NCBI GenBank assembly: GCA_002269645.1
Contig: NIVC01001811.1
Coordinates: 124,001-188,000, forward strand
Direction: 5' to 3'
Length of the DNA stretch: 64,000 nucleotides
Origin: Macrostomum lignano
Taxonomy: Eukaryota
Below the pieces are notes generated by a model. That model worked only from the letters and a program-made list of their open reading frames with translations. It searched no databases and was not told where the DNA came from. Below, piece by piece: positions 23,845 through 36,364 of this stretch; the stretch's first letter is position 1; each line of letters opens with the position of its first letter. The translations under genes and the position numbers were made by a program.

Positions 23845-24025
23845 AGCCCGAACTTTATTTATCGTTAGGCATGTACACTTTACTGTGCCTTGAGGGTTGG
23901 GCCTCAAGGTGAACGAGCAGAGCCAAGCCGAGATTAAAATTTAGCCCCAAATTAATGGGACTGCACTTGGAATCAAGCCTGGGCCGCTGGCACATCAGAG
24001 CTAGACCACTGGGCTACGGCAACCC
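23845..24025 (-). mobile_element. tRNA-derived SINE, family 1, copy 2
   Basis: Shares aactttatttatcgttaggcatgt, gccgagatt and ttggaatc(g/a)agcctgggccgctggcacatcagagc..ctgggctacg with 13905-14072. Confidence 0.75.
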
Positions 24026-24283
24026 TGCAGGTATAGTAAATCAAGACAATTAAAGATGGCTTTTAATAAATATTGCTCGCATAGAAATGATCAAATGAAC
24101 GTTAATTACTGCTGACAATTTATATTTAACACTACTACAACATAGTATAATTTATGACGGTAAAAATCTCAAAAAGCATGTGTTAAGTGCAACGTCTGCA
24201 ACACACCGACACGACAGCACAATGCAAGGCGATGAAATGCACGCACCGTACCGCGAATTGAAGCAAACATCAGTGCAAAAGAG

Positions 24284-25530
24284 CTACCACCACCGCCGAC
24301 CGTGCTTAATAGCATACGGGGTCAGGTGTCGTTCGACGTTGCACAGGTTGTGCTTGCGAACAAAGTCAAAATCGAACGGATTAACGTTCACCTCCGAGAC
24401 GTACTGGTCGTAACGTTGCTCAAAGTCGAGCATCTCCTGCGACACGAATCGAGCTTTGAAGGGCAGATAGCCAGCCATCTGGCGCAGCATTCGAAATGCC
24501 TCCTGCCAATCGAGATTGCCGCCCAATTCCAAAATGATTCGCTCGTCTTTTACTGGCGATTTGTAGAATTTCGGATCGCGTTTACCGCCGCCAAGGGTGA
24601 GGCCGGGCGGCCGCTTGTAGCCCGCCATCCAGGGGGCGTCAACGCGCCAGACTGCAAACATCCGGTCCAGGTCCAGCTTCCGGTTCAACGACATCCGGAT
24701 GGTTTCGAAGTGATTGTGTAACATCACACCAGCCTCTAGGGCCTGAAAGAGTCGGTGGTTTGGGGTTGGCAGTTATTTAATAAGGGCGATTCTGAAGGCT
24801 CAGGGGCGATTCTGAAAGCTCACGTAGGTGACTCAGGGGGCGATTCTAAAGGCTCACGTAGGTGACTCAGGGGGGGGCGATTCTAAAGGCCAACGTAGAT
24901 GGCTCAGGAACGATTCTAAAGGCTCATGTAGATAGCTCAGGGACAGGGACGATTTTAAAGGCTCAGGTAGATAGCTCAGGGACAGGAACGATTCTAAAGG
25001 CTCAGGTAGATAGCTCAGGGACAGGGACGATTCTAAAGGCCCAGGTAGATAGCTCAGGGACGATTCTAAAGGCTTAGGTAGATGGCTCAGGGCCGATTTC
25101 AAACAGATGACTCAGGAGCCATTCTAAATGCATGACTCAGGAGCCATTCTAAATGCATGACTCAGGAGCCATTCTAAATGCTTGACACAGGGACCATTCT
25201 AAATGCATGACTCAGGAGCCAATTTACCTGCACTCCAAACTGCTTATGGATAAGCTTATTATGCACGAGTTCCGGACCGCGAAAAATTGCCCGACTCTGC
25301 GTATAATGCCACTTGGCGCCTGGCGACACTAGCGAGCCAGCATTGGACGTTGGCACCTTGGGTCGGATTGGCAGTCGACGCTGATCTCGCGGCACTTCAG
25401 CCTCGGACAGGGCGGGCTTCGGCTTCCAGTTCACACGCCAATGCCACAGATAGGGTGCAGCCAGGCAGCGGCTGGGCTGGCGACCAAAATTATCAGCTAC
25501 TACAGCTGAGGATAGGCGCTGCCGCCACAT
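24284..25530 (-). CDS. MRPL16: Mitochondrial ribosomal protein L16 (uL16m)
   Basis: Exons 25530-25228 and 24742-24284, phase 0, GTAAAT..TTCAG. Motifs FRGPELVHN..FGVQ/ALEAG..HFETIRMSLNR..MFAVWRVDAPW..GGGK..PVKDERIILELGG..LPFKARFVS..NPF match uL16m. The start could be the Met at 25551. Confidence 0.92.
24770..25222. repeat. Intronic minisatellites filling the MRPL16 intron
   Basis: ctcaggg..cgattctaaaggct units and gactcaggagccattctaaatgcat units. Confidence 0.85.
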
Positions 25531-25899
25531 TATGCTACTTATAGTAGGCATGCATGAAAATTCAAGTAGCTTATTAAGCATTTATAAAGCTTCATTTGCC
25601 TCTGCTTTACTATCCAAAACATGGTGCTGAGTGATACCCTGGCTTCAAAACTTTAATTCCAGTGTCTCAGTGTCTTTTATGGTGCAACAGTGCTCTGAAT
25701 TGTGCCTCCTTGTGTGCAATCACATTGCAGTTTAGTGCAAGCAGTTACAAAAAATGTACAATTGTTGCTGCTTGCACAGGTGTGCAATTTTTATGTCAAA
25801 AATCTATACTGGCCTATATTATCATTGTCATTGATGCCAATGGTTTAGCATGCCATTTTAGTTAGATTTTAGTATACAAATTTAAAAGAAAATGTCAAA

Positions 25900-26517
25900 G
25901 GTCTGACTGTCAGTTCCTAGACATTTTGTCAACTATTATACCTTATATTGGTCACTTTGTCATCTATCAATCTTAATGAACTCACCATGTGAATAGGATT
26001 GTAAGATGAAAGTGAGGGGAGATGCGCATGGTCTAGATTCTATACAAAACAAGTAAATGTAAACTAACAAGAAATTATGGCTAGGCGCCCTGCAGCCATG
26101 AGAGCTAGGCTTGCCTAATCAATTGACGGTGAACAACTAGCTGCACTTTGTGGACCCTAACCACTTAGAACTTCCCTAGAAGTCTACACAAACACAGTGG
26201 AGGGCACATGGGCCTATGCTAAAGCCCATTTCAGGGCCATGCATGGCACTCCAAGGCCCTGTTCAACACCCACTTGGACGAATTTCTCTGGCATTGCTGC
26301 AACCTGCGCAACACCTTTGGGAATAGGCCTATCCTTTTCTGGGTGGCGCACTATAATGCCATCTGAGGCATAAAACATAAAACAAAACTGTCGTTACCTG
26401 TCATTTTAAAAACAGTTTGAATTAAATGTGCGAAACTAGGCCTAGAAGATTGCCAAAATTTGGGTGAATAGGCCCTACATTATTTAAGATGACAAAATGT
26501 CCAGGAGCCCAACTGCC
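25900..26517 (+). mobile_element. Internally deleted Merlin (IS1016/IS1595-like) DNA transposon remnant
   Basis: Read across frameshifts and stops: LTVNN*LHFVDP...VYTNTVEGTWAYAKAHFRAMHGT...LFNTHLDEFLW (Merlin transposase C-terminus). Imperfect TIRs: tcctagacattttgtca (~25915) versus the reverse complement of tgacaaaatgtccaggagcccaactgcc (26490-26517). Confidence 0.7.
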
Positions 26518-28754
26518 TTTCATTTAAAAATAAAATGTGATATATTATTAATATTATTATTAGGCATAACAAATGATCTGTAGACTATTTTAAAGTAGGC
26601 CCCTAGGCCTAGGCCTACTATATAAAAGTAGGCCTATAACAAATTTAAATAAAAAATAAATAAGAATGACTAATTTTCCAATACAACCTATTTTAAATAA
26701 GATTTTAATAATTAGGCTATGAAAACTTGGCCTATGCCCTATTTATATAAATATAATAGCTTAGCTATGCCTACACTATATAGGCTTATAGCTACAATTC
26801 CTTGACAATAATAACTAACACTAACAGGCTGACATGTCATAGGCCTAATGTCAACATTAAAACATGAGTTGTAGGCCTACTAATAAAAAATTCTAGCAAA
26901 GTTTAAATTAATTCTAGCAGAATGAACAAATTCTAGCAAAGTGTACTGCGTACAGTAATCTTGCGTCCATTTTCATATTGACACATTAACTTTTTCAATA
27001 ACTTTGTCAGACCCCAGACAGTATATTTTAATTAAGTCTAAATGCATGTATTTCTAAGAAATTTGTTATGAATTATTAACACCTCCAAAATAATTTTTAG
27101 TTACTGCTAGGCTTTTAAAGTGAATTATTATTTTAAAATTAAAGAAACCGAGCCTGAAATAACAGACATTTAGTTTTTTGTTTTACCTGATGTTTACTTT
27201 GTATATCTTGGAAATTTAGTTTTTTTAACTTGCAGAAAATAAAAATACAATTTCATGCAGAACGAGTAAAGACTGAAGTCCTGAAAAAAACTACAAATAA
27301 TTACGTCTACGTCTAACCAACCTATTATTTTAAGGTCCGGTCTAATTTTTTGTTTTTGAGCTGCATACTCTTTCGTTATTCTTACCCTTGTTGATAAGTA
27401 ACTTTCAGTTGATATTATAATCGGCCCCTACCTTACTTACTTGCGAGGATGCTTGTAAGTTATTTTTAAATATTTTTTTGCTTTTACAAGCCGCAAGGCA
27501 TTTTTTCTATTGCCGCATAAGTCTAGGCCTATCAATGTTAGCACTGATGCCACTTTTTGTTGTGGCGGCCATTCTTTCGTGATAAGCCTCATTGACTTCC
27601 TCTTTGCTGCTAAAACATTGGCCTTGCCAGACTCCAGAGGGTTAGGGGGCTTACATGTACGCCCATTCATGCCCAACTTCAAAATTTCACCTGTCTGGTG
27701 TGACATAGTTTTGTCCAGATTTGCAACTTAGTTTCTTCCAATTGTAACTTAGTTCCTCCCAATTGCAACTTAGTTCTTCCCAATTGCGACTTGATTTTCA
27801 TTTTGTATATGACTTTTCTTGCCTTTTTCCGATCTTTTCTTCTCTTTCTCTTTTTTTTTCCTCTTTCCATTCTCTCTCTTCTCCCTCCTTTCTTTTCCTT
27901 TTCTCTTCTTTTTTTCTTTTTTCCCCCAATTTTTCATTTTTTTTGTTTTTGATTTTGCAACTTACCTTGGCTAGCAGCCATTTCACCCATCTGGTTTGGA
28001 TGAGTTGCCATAGGCCCCTAGTCTGGATCATGGCAGGCATACGCCAGAATGAAAATTCATGTTTTTTTTAATTTTACGCCAACGTCGCCAATGTAAAATA
28101 ATTTTTTTTATACCAAGACTAAAATTGTTTATATTATAGGGATTCCAAAATCCCGACATTTTACAATCCTGGGATTGAATAGTTCAGAAATCCCGATGCT
28201 GTTGAAATCCCGGGATTCAAAATCCCGGAATCCCGGTGCTTTTGAAATCCTGGGATCCCATTTAAAAGTTTCAGAAATCCCGGGATCCCGACCCAAGGTC
28301 CGAGTCTGAATGACTTAAAAACAAAATTTCAAGTTCTGGTTAGCTGAGAACTCAGAGCCTGCAACAAAAGAGAAGTGCAAAATCATACAAATAATTGCAG
28401 TCTGTGCTAAAGGCTTGACCTTGACAGCAGAAAATACTACTTGTTGTCGAACAATTTCGGCCGAATGGCCCAGCGGGTCAGCCCGGGGGGGCTCTTCCGC
28501 ATGCAATTTATTTCGAAATTATTTGGTTAATTAATGATGCTGCAATTTTTACTTACAGTAGTGTAAGAAAATACTACTTATAGCATTGTTGCCATTCATG
28601 GAGTCGGGATGATAGAAATCGGGCTACTGGATTTCGCGAGACCTGGCTTTCGTGCAACTGGATTATGCACGAACAGGATGTGCCAAAGCAAGGTCGCGCA
28701 AAATCCAGTAGCGCAATTTCTATCATCCCATTGAGTCCAATGTGACAAGTCAGT

Positions 28755-31031
28755 TTAGGATGTTGACTGCTTCTGAAAATACGATCGAAGCATGCACAAT
28801 TTTGATAGTGTCTCATCAGCCAAGCGCGAACGGATCCGATTTATCAAGATAGCAGCAGCAGAAAAAGCTCTCTCTGCCTCAACGCTTGTAGGAGGAATGG
28901 ACAGAAGGGCACTGTTCATTGTCTGCAGCAGCTTGCCGAGTTGGCCAGTTAACCGCATGAATTCGATCTCACGACCGACTTCGCATTCAATATGAAGTCC
29001 TGTGCCTGACTGTAGGATGGCATGAGAAGACTCACTGTCCAGCTTCTCCAACTCTGCATTGAGCCGTTCCGCCATTGTGGTACTTGGCATTAACAGCAGG
29101 GATGCGTCAGTGTCACTGTAGGTGAGAATATAGCATGGAATTAAATTATTTGCAACACAGGGGAACCTGTGGTCATATTTTTACCGATTACAGGAAATTG
29201 AATCAATAAAATGTAGGATTCGGTGGAATTATCCAATAAAAATTATAGGAAAATTCTTGTTTTTAAATTATTTAAATTATCCCTCCCTTGTATGTAATAT
29301 ATAATACATCCACACAATTTAATTACCTGTTAGAAGGATTTCCAGATGCCTCTCTTTGGTCTTCAGTGGCAGTACTGGCAGACGCGGTTGCAGAGGCGGT
29401 TGCAGAGGCAGATACCAGTGAAAGGTTTTCAGCAATAGAAATTAGCGTATACTTTGCTGCATTCAGTTCTGAAGTACTATTGGCGATGTAACCCTTCCGC
29501 TTTAGAAACTGCAGTGCCAAAGCGGTGCTTCCCTGCCTTTGAAAAAATCGCTTCTTTAAAGCCACCAGCAACTTGTTGGCCAGCATGGTGTTCTGTGTCT
29601 GAAGCTCCTTCACAGCGAAACTAAATGTAGCACCAGCCTTGAGTAAGTTATAGCTGCGGCTTGAAAGCATGGTTATTGCAAGACTCAGAGGCTGGAGTGC
29701 AGCACACAATTCTCGAAGCTGCTGTACATCTCCTTGCTGAAGTGGCAAAACTAGTCCAAGATAAAGCATAGCATTGCACACAGATGCTTCCAACAGAACA
29801 AAATGCTGCACCATATCAAGCAAAGAGTTCCAGCGTGTTTTAACATCTAGAATGAGCTTCAGCTCTTTGCCATGCTGAGCTCGCACAAAGTTCTGAAGAA
29901 TGTCATTTCGTGTTGTGCTACGACAGAAAGTAAGAACCACTTCACGAAGACGACTCAGTGAGACTCGAATGTCACTACTGAACTCAATCAGAATCGCGGC
30001 CATCATCCTGATCCACAGCCCATTTGACACCATCAGCTTCCATGTCTTTATCATTGACAGCAAATTCTACATCTGGCACTTCGATTGCGCCACTGTCAAA
30101 CTCAGAGGCAATGGTCTGAGATGAACTTCGATCATAGACTACATCTGACACAGACAGGTGGATGCCATGGGCATGGCAAAGTTGGTGCTCGACCCTTAGC
30201 AGGCTGGCCAGTTTCACCATGACAGATGCACCATCTGTAATACAAGCAATTACATCTTGCGGAACAACTATGCCAAAATTCTCAAGCCGATTAGTTACTA
30301 GCTGCTGTAAGGCTTCAGCAGTTGCAGAGCCAGTAATGCGCGATCGCGACAGGCCAAGGTTGACGACAGTTGCTTCTAAGTTTGTAGCAGAAGCTGAGTT
30401 TTCTAATCCTGAAGCAGCATGATATTCTGTGTGCAGGTTAATGTTCAGGAAGCGCCGGTTGTTTACAGATGTCCATTCATCTAGTGAAATGGAGAAGTGT
30501 TCTCCACGGGATTTTCGAAGAGCCACTTCCTCACGAATTTTATTTTCCAATGTAGTAGCAACTCCCATGACTTGGTTGCGAATTGTTGTAGTTGATTTGG
30601 GCACTGAAACTCTCCGTGCTTGCAAGGCCAACCTGAGGTCCTTGGATTTTGTGAATATCCTGAAGGACATGCCATCCTTGGCTACCATATGAGCCAGAAC
30701 AGTAGCTGAGTCATTGTCAGATTGGTAGAAGAGTAATTTTCATGATTTTAGAAGGGACTACAGATAAAGTTACTGACTGTTACATAGCAACCTCCTGATC
30801 CTCAGACACTGAACTGTCTGAACTTAAGTTAGGAGCCAAACTTGCAGAAGAGCAAGCACTGCCAGGCTGTGGCTGCTGGCCAAGGACTGATGCATGCTTT
30901 GCCTGAAGATGAGTCAGGAGGCCTTTTGTAAAACCACCAGCAGTCGAAATTGATCCTTCACACAGAGTACAAATGGCACGGGAATTGTCACGTTTTTTGA
31001 AGAACTGCCATGCTTCAGATTTCTGTGCCAT
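28755..31031 (-). pseudogene. hAT transposase (BED finger, DDE core, hATC dimerisation domain), intron-containing and frameshifted
   Basis: BED finger AWQFF..AICTLC..GLLTHLQAKH (31031-30792). Core motifs SLDEWTS, CITDGASVM, LCHAHGIHL and LDVKTRWNSLLDM. Last exon LLSIPPTSVEAERAFSAA..RIRSRL (29115-28755). Frame breaks near 30735 and 29990. Confidence 0.85.
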
Positions 31032-31236
31032 TTTTGAATCACTTCTGAAATTTGAAAAGAAGATGTATATGTAGCTATAGTACTATATTTCATGATGTGT
31101 CACTTATTATCATGGCATCAATTATTTAGACTAAGATACATCATCATGCAACTGGCATGATGAAATTTGGGCTATCATGGCTGCCAGAACAAGGTTTTAT
31201 AGTTGAAAAAGTTCTGCCAGAAGAGCAACTTAAAAT

Positions 31237-32607
31237 CAAGGACTTCTAGACTAACAGGACGTAAAACTCAAAGATCGTGCAATTTTTTAGAGGCCACGAT
31301 TTCCTGGAAAAAATACACTGCGGAGATAGGAAAAAATCAGTTTTTTGTCACAAAAACAGTGATTGTATTTGATCTGGGGCAGTGAAGACTACCATTCTTT
31401 TAATTTAACATGCGCAACATGTTACTCTATTATATTTTCATATAGCTGTGTATTGAAGTTTTCATTTTCATGTTGTTTTTACTTCATTTCATAAGCCCAA
31501 AGTTGCAAATACTCACAAGTGGCATTAGCCAAACTTTTTGTGCTGTTCCTTTTTTGAATCAAGTATATTTGTAATAAAACTATGCATATAGGTACTCTTA
31601 ATCTTTTATTGTACGGTTAGTAACTATACTAGGCCTACTAGTATTAGTTATACCTGTCTACTATTACTACTAGGTATAATGTCTAAGAGTTATGAGTCTA
31701 AGACCTATCAAAGATTCTTGAAAATTAGGCTTTATATATGGAATCACACATCCTTTTATTGGTAAAATAGGCCCTAACTAAAATGACTGAATACAAGGCA
31801 TGTTTGTCTTATTCATTTTCTTGCCTAATGAATAATGATATTTGATCTATGGATTCCAAAATCTTCTTAATAAGTGGGGCATACTTACATTTACAATTTA
31901 TAGGCCTAATTTATTTAAGTTTTTTAATTTTTTAAACATGATTCTAGCTAAAGAGAAGAAAGAAGAGAGAGAAATAAAAATGGTAATATCTATCTGTCTA
32001 AACTCTAAATCATTAATATAATAATAATATGCAATTATGATTTTTATAAATGAAGGACTTTTATTGACCTTATAGTTTAACTTATTAAATCTATACCTCC
32101 TATAGTAAATAAAAACTAATTGAGCTATTAACTATAATAGTAACTCTTATATCATATTATATATTGGAATATATATCTAGGAATTAAATAGTTACTAGGC
32201 CTAATATATGCATTAAAATGGAACTATATCTACAATAAAAGATTAAGAGTACCTATATGCACAGTTTTATTACAAATATACTTGATTCAAAAAAGGAACA
32301 GCACAAAAAGTTTGGCTAAAGCCACTTGTGAGTATTTGCAACTTTGGGCTTATGAAATGAAGTAAAAACAACATGAAAATGAAAACTTCAATACACAGCT
32401 ATATGAAAATATAATAGAGTAACATGTTGTGCATGTTAAATTAAAAGAATGGTAGTCTTCACTGCCCCAGATCAAATACAATCACTGTTTTTGTGACAAA
32501 AAACTGATTTTTTCCTATCTCCGCAGTGTATTTTTTCCAGGAAATCGTGGCCTCTAAAAAATTGCACGATCTTTGAGTTTTACGTCCTGTTAGTCTAGAA
32601 GTCCTTG
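31237..32607. mobile_element. Non-autonomous foldback element with ~377-bp TIRs, nested in the hAT element
   Basis: 31237-31613 is the near-perfect reverse complement of 32231-32607. Termini CAAGG...CCTTG; 8-bp TSD CTTAAAAT at 31229-31236 and 32608-32615; AT-rich non-coding core. Confidence 0.9.
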
Positions 32608-34737
32608 CTTAAAATATACAGTGATTCAAAATGTTGACCAGAAAGCAGAAAAGCTATCTAAATATCTGTTCTAGGAGAAAGTGAACTAATGTAGTTATTT
32701 AATAACATTTATCATTGAGTAATTTGAGTATTAAATGATCCAAAGACCAAAATCAATAAAAACTTTTTTCTATAAAATACAGCCTGACTTTGTGAAATTC
32801 AAAAGTTTTGGCCAGGTTGCAGAATTTGGGCATTCAGGCCAGTTTTTTTCATTTTAGGGCCAAGCCCAAATCTGGGTCAGAGTAGGAGCACTGAATAGGG
32901 GGGGGGCAATTTAAATAATATCTATATATAGTTCTAAATATGTATAGAATAGTAATTGTCTAATGACATTGAATAACTAGATAATTTTTAATATAACTTG
33001 TTTAGACCATGCTTATTAAATAATAAATAATAAAGAAATCAATAATACTATAGGCATAAGAAAAAATAGGCTAATATGAAAGTGATCCACCTTCTTGTTC
33101 AGTTGATGATGTTTTACCCTATCCAATTAAAGAAAAGTACAAGGGCTTCTTGAAGTTTAGGTATATAAAATATTTCCAATTGGTTTTTGACAATAAATCA
33201 TGTCAAAAGGGTTTTCAGGGGTCTTGATTCTAAATTTAAAAGCTTATTTTAAATTCCAATACATTTTTAAGTTATAAAATACTCAACTTTACAAAGCCAA
33301 TGGGACAATGTCAATGAGAATCAAAGGTTTTGGGTGAGGATGATATTGAAGTTAATATTGAGGAATTAATATACCTAAACTTCAATAGGGCTTCATAGGT
33401 GTCTTGAAGATTAGGTATATAGCTAAATTTTGTAAGTTTTTATTGTTGACTTTTGTTACTGTATCCTAGAAAGATGTCTCTGTGCAATCTCATGATTTTT
33501 GCACAATTTGGAATATTTTAAATACCTAAACTTTAAGATGCCCGAGTACAAGACTAATTAACAACTAACAAGAGTAAAATCTTTGTAGGTAATTGTCAAA
33601 ATATTAAAATTTAAATTATAATACATGATGGACTGTCTCAGTCTCGTCTCTTGGTCGTGGACACGTGGTGGAAAATGAAAAAAAGTTTAAATTATCTATC
33701 ATTTACAGTTCACATTAACAATTTTTAGCTCAATTAGGACAGGAGCTTTGCAAATGTTTTTAACGTTTCATTGAGAAACAGCAAAAACAAATAAATAATT
33801 TTTTTATTCAAATAAACGTTTAGACTTTAAACTATCTAATTTAGGCATTGAAAGGTTGTTCTAATCCCGGACCAATCCCTGGGATTAAGGCCTTGAAATC
33901 CCGGGATCCCGATCCCGGACTTTTGCAATCCCGGGATTAAAAAATCGGGGATTGGAATCCCTACCTATTTATACACCATTTTTTCAAAGCATATATATAT
34001 TTAGGAATCCAAAACTTTTACTTAGGGCCTAACTTTAAAATGGCTGTTTTTTTGCTAAAAACTGATATTCTTTGTTTTAATTTGGACTTTCTTATAATTT
34101 TGTGTTATTATTTTCTATTTTAGTTTCTGATTATTTTTAAAGAGCTTTAGACTTGGTTGATATTCAACTGCACAATTATATTAGCCTTGAACTTGGCTAT
34201 TTTTTTGTATGCCGACTGTACACTTCATGTCAAACCTGAAAATTCTATATGCCAAGTGTATGCCAAGATTGTTAGCGAGACCAAAAATATGCCAGAATTT
34301 TCTGGCGTAAAGGCCACCTTCTGGACTATAGATGGGTTGGATAGGTATTATGCATGTATAAATTGTATGTGTACACTAGAAAATTCTGGCATATAAATGA
34401 CCTTTTCAAAGTTGGCATTCCAATTTTGGTGCACAAATTGATGCCAATTTTTTGGTATACCAATTTTGGTAAATAAATTCATGCCATGCATGAAAATTGT
34501 ATTGTAAATTGATATTTTTATATAAAATAAAGGAAATTTTATATAGTCTAGAAAGTCAGTGATAAACTTTTTGCTTCTTTAAAATTAACAATGAATAAAA
34601 TAAGTATAAATGATTGCTAAGAATATTTGCTAAAAAAATTTTGCATAGGCCGAATTATTTATATAGGTTTAATTTTAGTTTGTTTTAAATAAAAATATTT
34701 ATAATATTTAAAAAATACTTTTTGTACAAAAGCCTTA

Positions 34738-35746
34738 TGAGGTGGGGGTGGAGAAGAACTTTTCTGGACGGTTGTTTTTGAATTTGCAGGCACCAGTGAG
34801 GTGGGGTGGATTCCTCGTTTGAATTGCCGCCGGCGTTGAGTTCGCACGAATAAAACCAGAAAAATGTGCAGACGAATCACAACAAAATTTCTTCTCCTGT
34901 TTTACTCTGACAGCCGGGTTCTCAAGTCCGGGGGGAGGGTAGTCGTAATTGTAGCAGAGTGGTCGTTAGCGGCGCGGTCATTCAAAGCGGTGAAACACCG
35001 GAGATACAGACACCGTAAATTAATGTGTCGATTTGCTGAGCTTGTTACTTTCAGTAGGGTAGAGCTGCCACCACCGTAATTTACGTATTACGGAACGAAT
35101 CAGTCTCTGAGCTTTCTTTGAGCTGAGAAAACTTGGTTATTTAACGCCCCACGGGCAAAAGACTCAAGATAGGCTATGGCTTAATGTCAACGAATGAATA
35201 TTAATAAATTGGCGGAATATTAATTTTATTTATCGGTTTGAGCAGGATAACTGATAGATTATTTAATTATTGATGGAGATGGATTCGGCGTGCCGCGGTG
35301 TGACGACTAATTAACTGGCGAATTGACCAAAACTTATACCACTAAAACACAAAAACATAAAACACACAAAACACGCCTAGAAAACCAAAACACAAAAACA
35401 AAACAAAACAAAACTAAACAAAACTTTTGGAAACAATCATGTAAACCATCGTTTTAAATAGAGGGGAGTGATCGGTCACATAGTGGGGACAGAGGCTGGG
35501 CATGCACAGTGGGAGAAGAAAACACGTAAAAGGGGCGGCTTGAACATATAGCAAAAAAAACAAAATTATGATACACATCCAGCAACGTGTAAGCAGTACA
35601 CGTTGCAGGTAAAGACAAACCAACATCGGGAGTGATGTCACTCCAATGAAGGGAAACGCAACGGTTCGCCATGCACATGCAAAAAAGAAAAAATTAAACC
35701 TGCCAAATTTCAGTCTTTGCATCTTCGTGGCAACCCGCCTGCCACA
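34738..35746 (-). repeat. 3' LTR (1009 bp)
   Basis: Near-identical to 42533-43546, with TG/CA termini. Confidence 0.95.
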
Positions 35747-35764
35747 TGCGTTGGGGGGCCGGTA

Positions 35765-36364
35765 TTACTGGCGAGAATTGGCAGCTCCCGCTGTCGTTGT
35801 ACGCCCTTGGCCGCGTCCGGTTGGGCAAGGGTCGCGCGGTTGATCCTCAGTTGGGGCGCGCTGGGGCGGTTGGGGTGCCAAGTTGACGACTGGGGGCCAT
35901 CCTTGGATGGTTATGCGACCGTTGATAATGTGGAGCCTCTCCGGGTACTTCTCGACGGCCGCGTCCCAAAAGGCTCTCAGACGCTCGTCCCAGCCGGCCT
36001 CCAGATGTCCGGCTTCAAAATATGCCAGCGCAAGAAAGAACGCTAGGGCCGGACGGGGCTGGCCTTTCTGCCGGAGGTGTTCTTCTGCTCGGCCTAACTG
36101 TTCGTCGAGAAGGTCGCGGGTGGATGCCGGAGGCATGATGCTACAGAGTTGCCGCCAAGGGGCATCAATTTGCACCCAGCCCTTCTTGACGGCTTGGGTG
36201 AAGGCGTGAAACAGTGCCTGTCGTAGGCGGATGCGCGCCGGTGCTGCTCCGGTCGCAGCTGCGTTGTACACTCGGAGAGTTGACGCGTCCTCCTGACTGA
36301 GCCACGGTGCCCGGTGCAGGGTAGCCTCCAGGTCAGACGCGCGAAGGGCAGGGTCGCTGGACAT
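35765..36364 (-). CDS. ORF3 of the Gypsy element, 199-aa protein of unknown function in the env position
   Basis: Uninterrupted ORF between pol and the 3' LTR. ATG at 36364 in a caacaacATG context; stop 18 bp before the LTR. No signal peptide and no long transmembrane segment. Confidence 0.65.
   Translation of the reverse strand: MSSDPALRASDLEATLHRAPWLSQEDASTLRVYNAAATGAAPARIRLRQALFHAFTQAVKKGWVQIDAPWRQLCSIMPPASTRDLLDEQLGRAEEHLRQKGQPRPALAFFLALAYFEAGHLEAGWDERLRAFWDAAVEKYPERLHIINGRITIQGWPPVVNLAPQPPQRAPTEDQPRDPCPTGRGQGRTTTAGAANSRQ

Larger units (their letters stand above)
28137..33963 (-). mobile_element. hAT-superfamily DNA transposon (5.8 kb)
   Basis: TIRs TAGGGATTCCAA at 28137 and its reverse complement ending at 33963. 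Both ends carry multiple ATCCCGGGAT subterminal repeats and enclose a hAT transposase. No matching 8-bp TSD (ttatatta versus cctattta). Confidence 0.85.

Noticed and set aside
34864-35079. Identical 71-aa ORF here and at 42659..42874
   Set aside because: It lies within the duplicated LTRs, antisense to the element. The identity simply reflects LTR identity.
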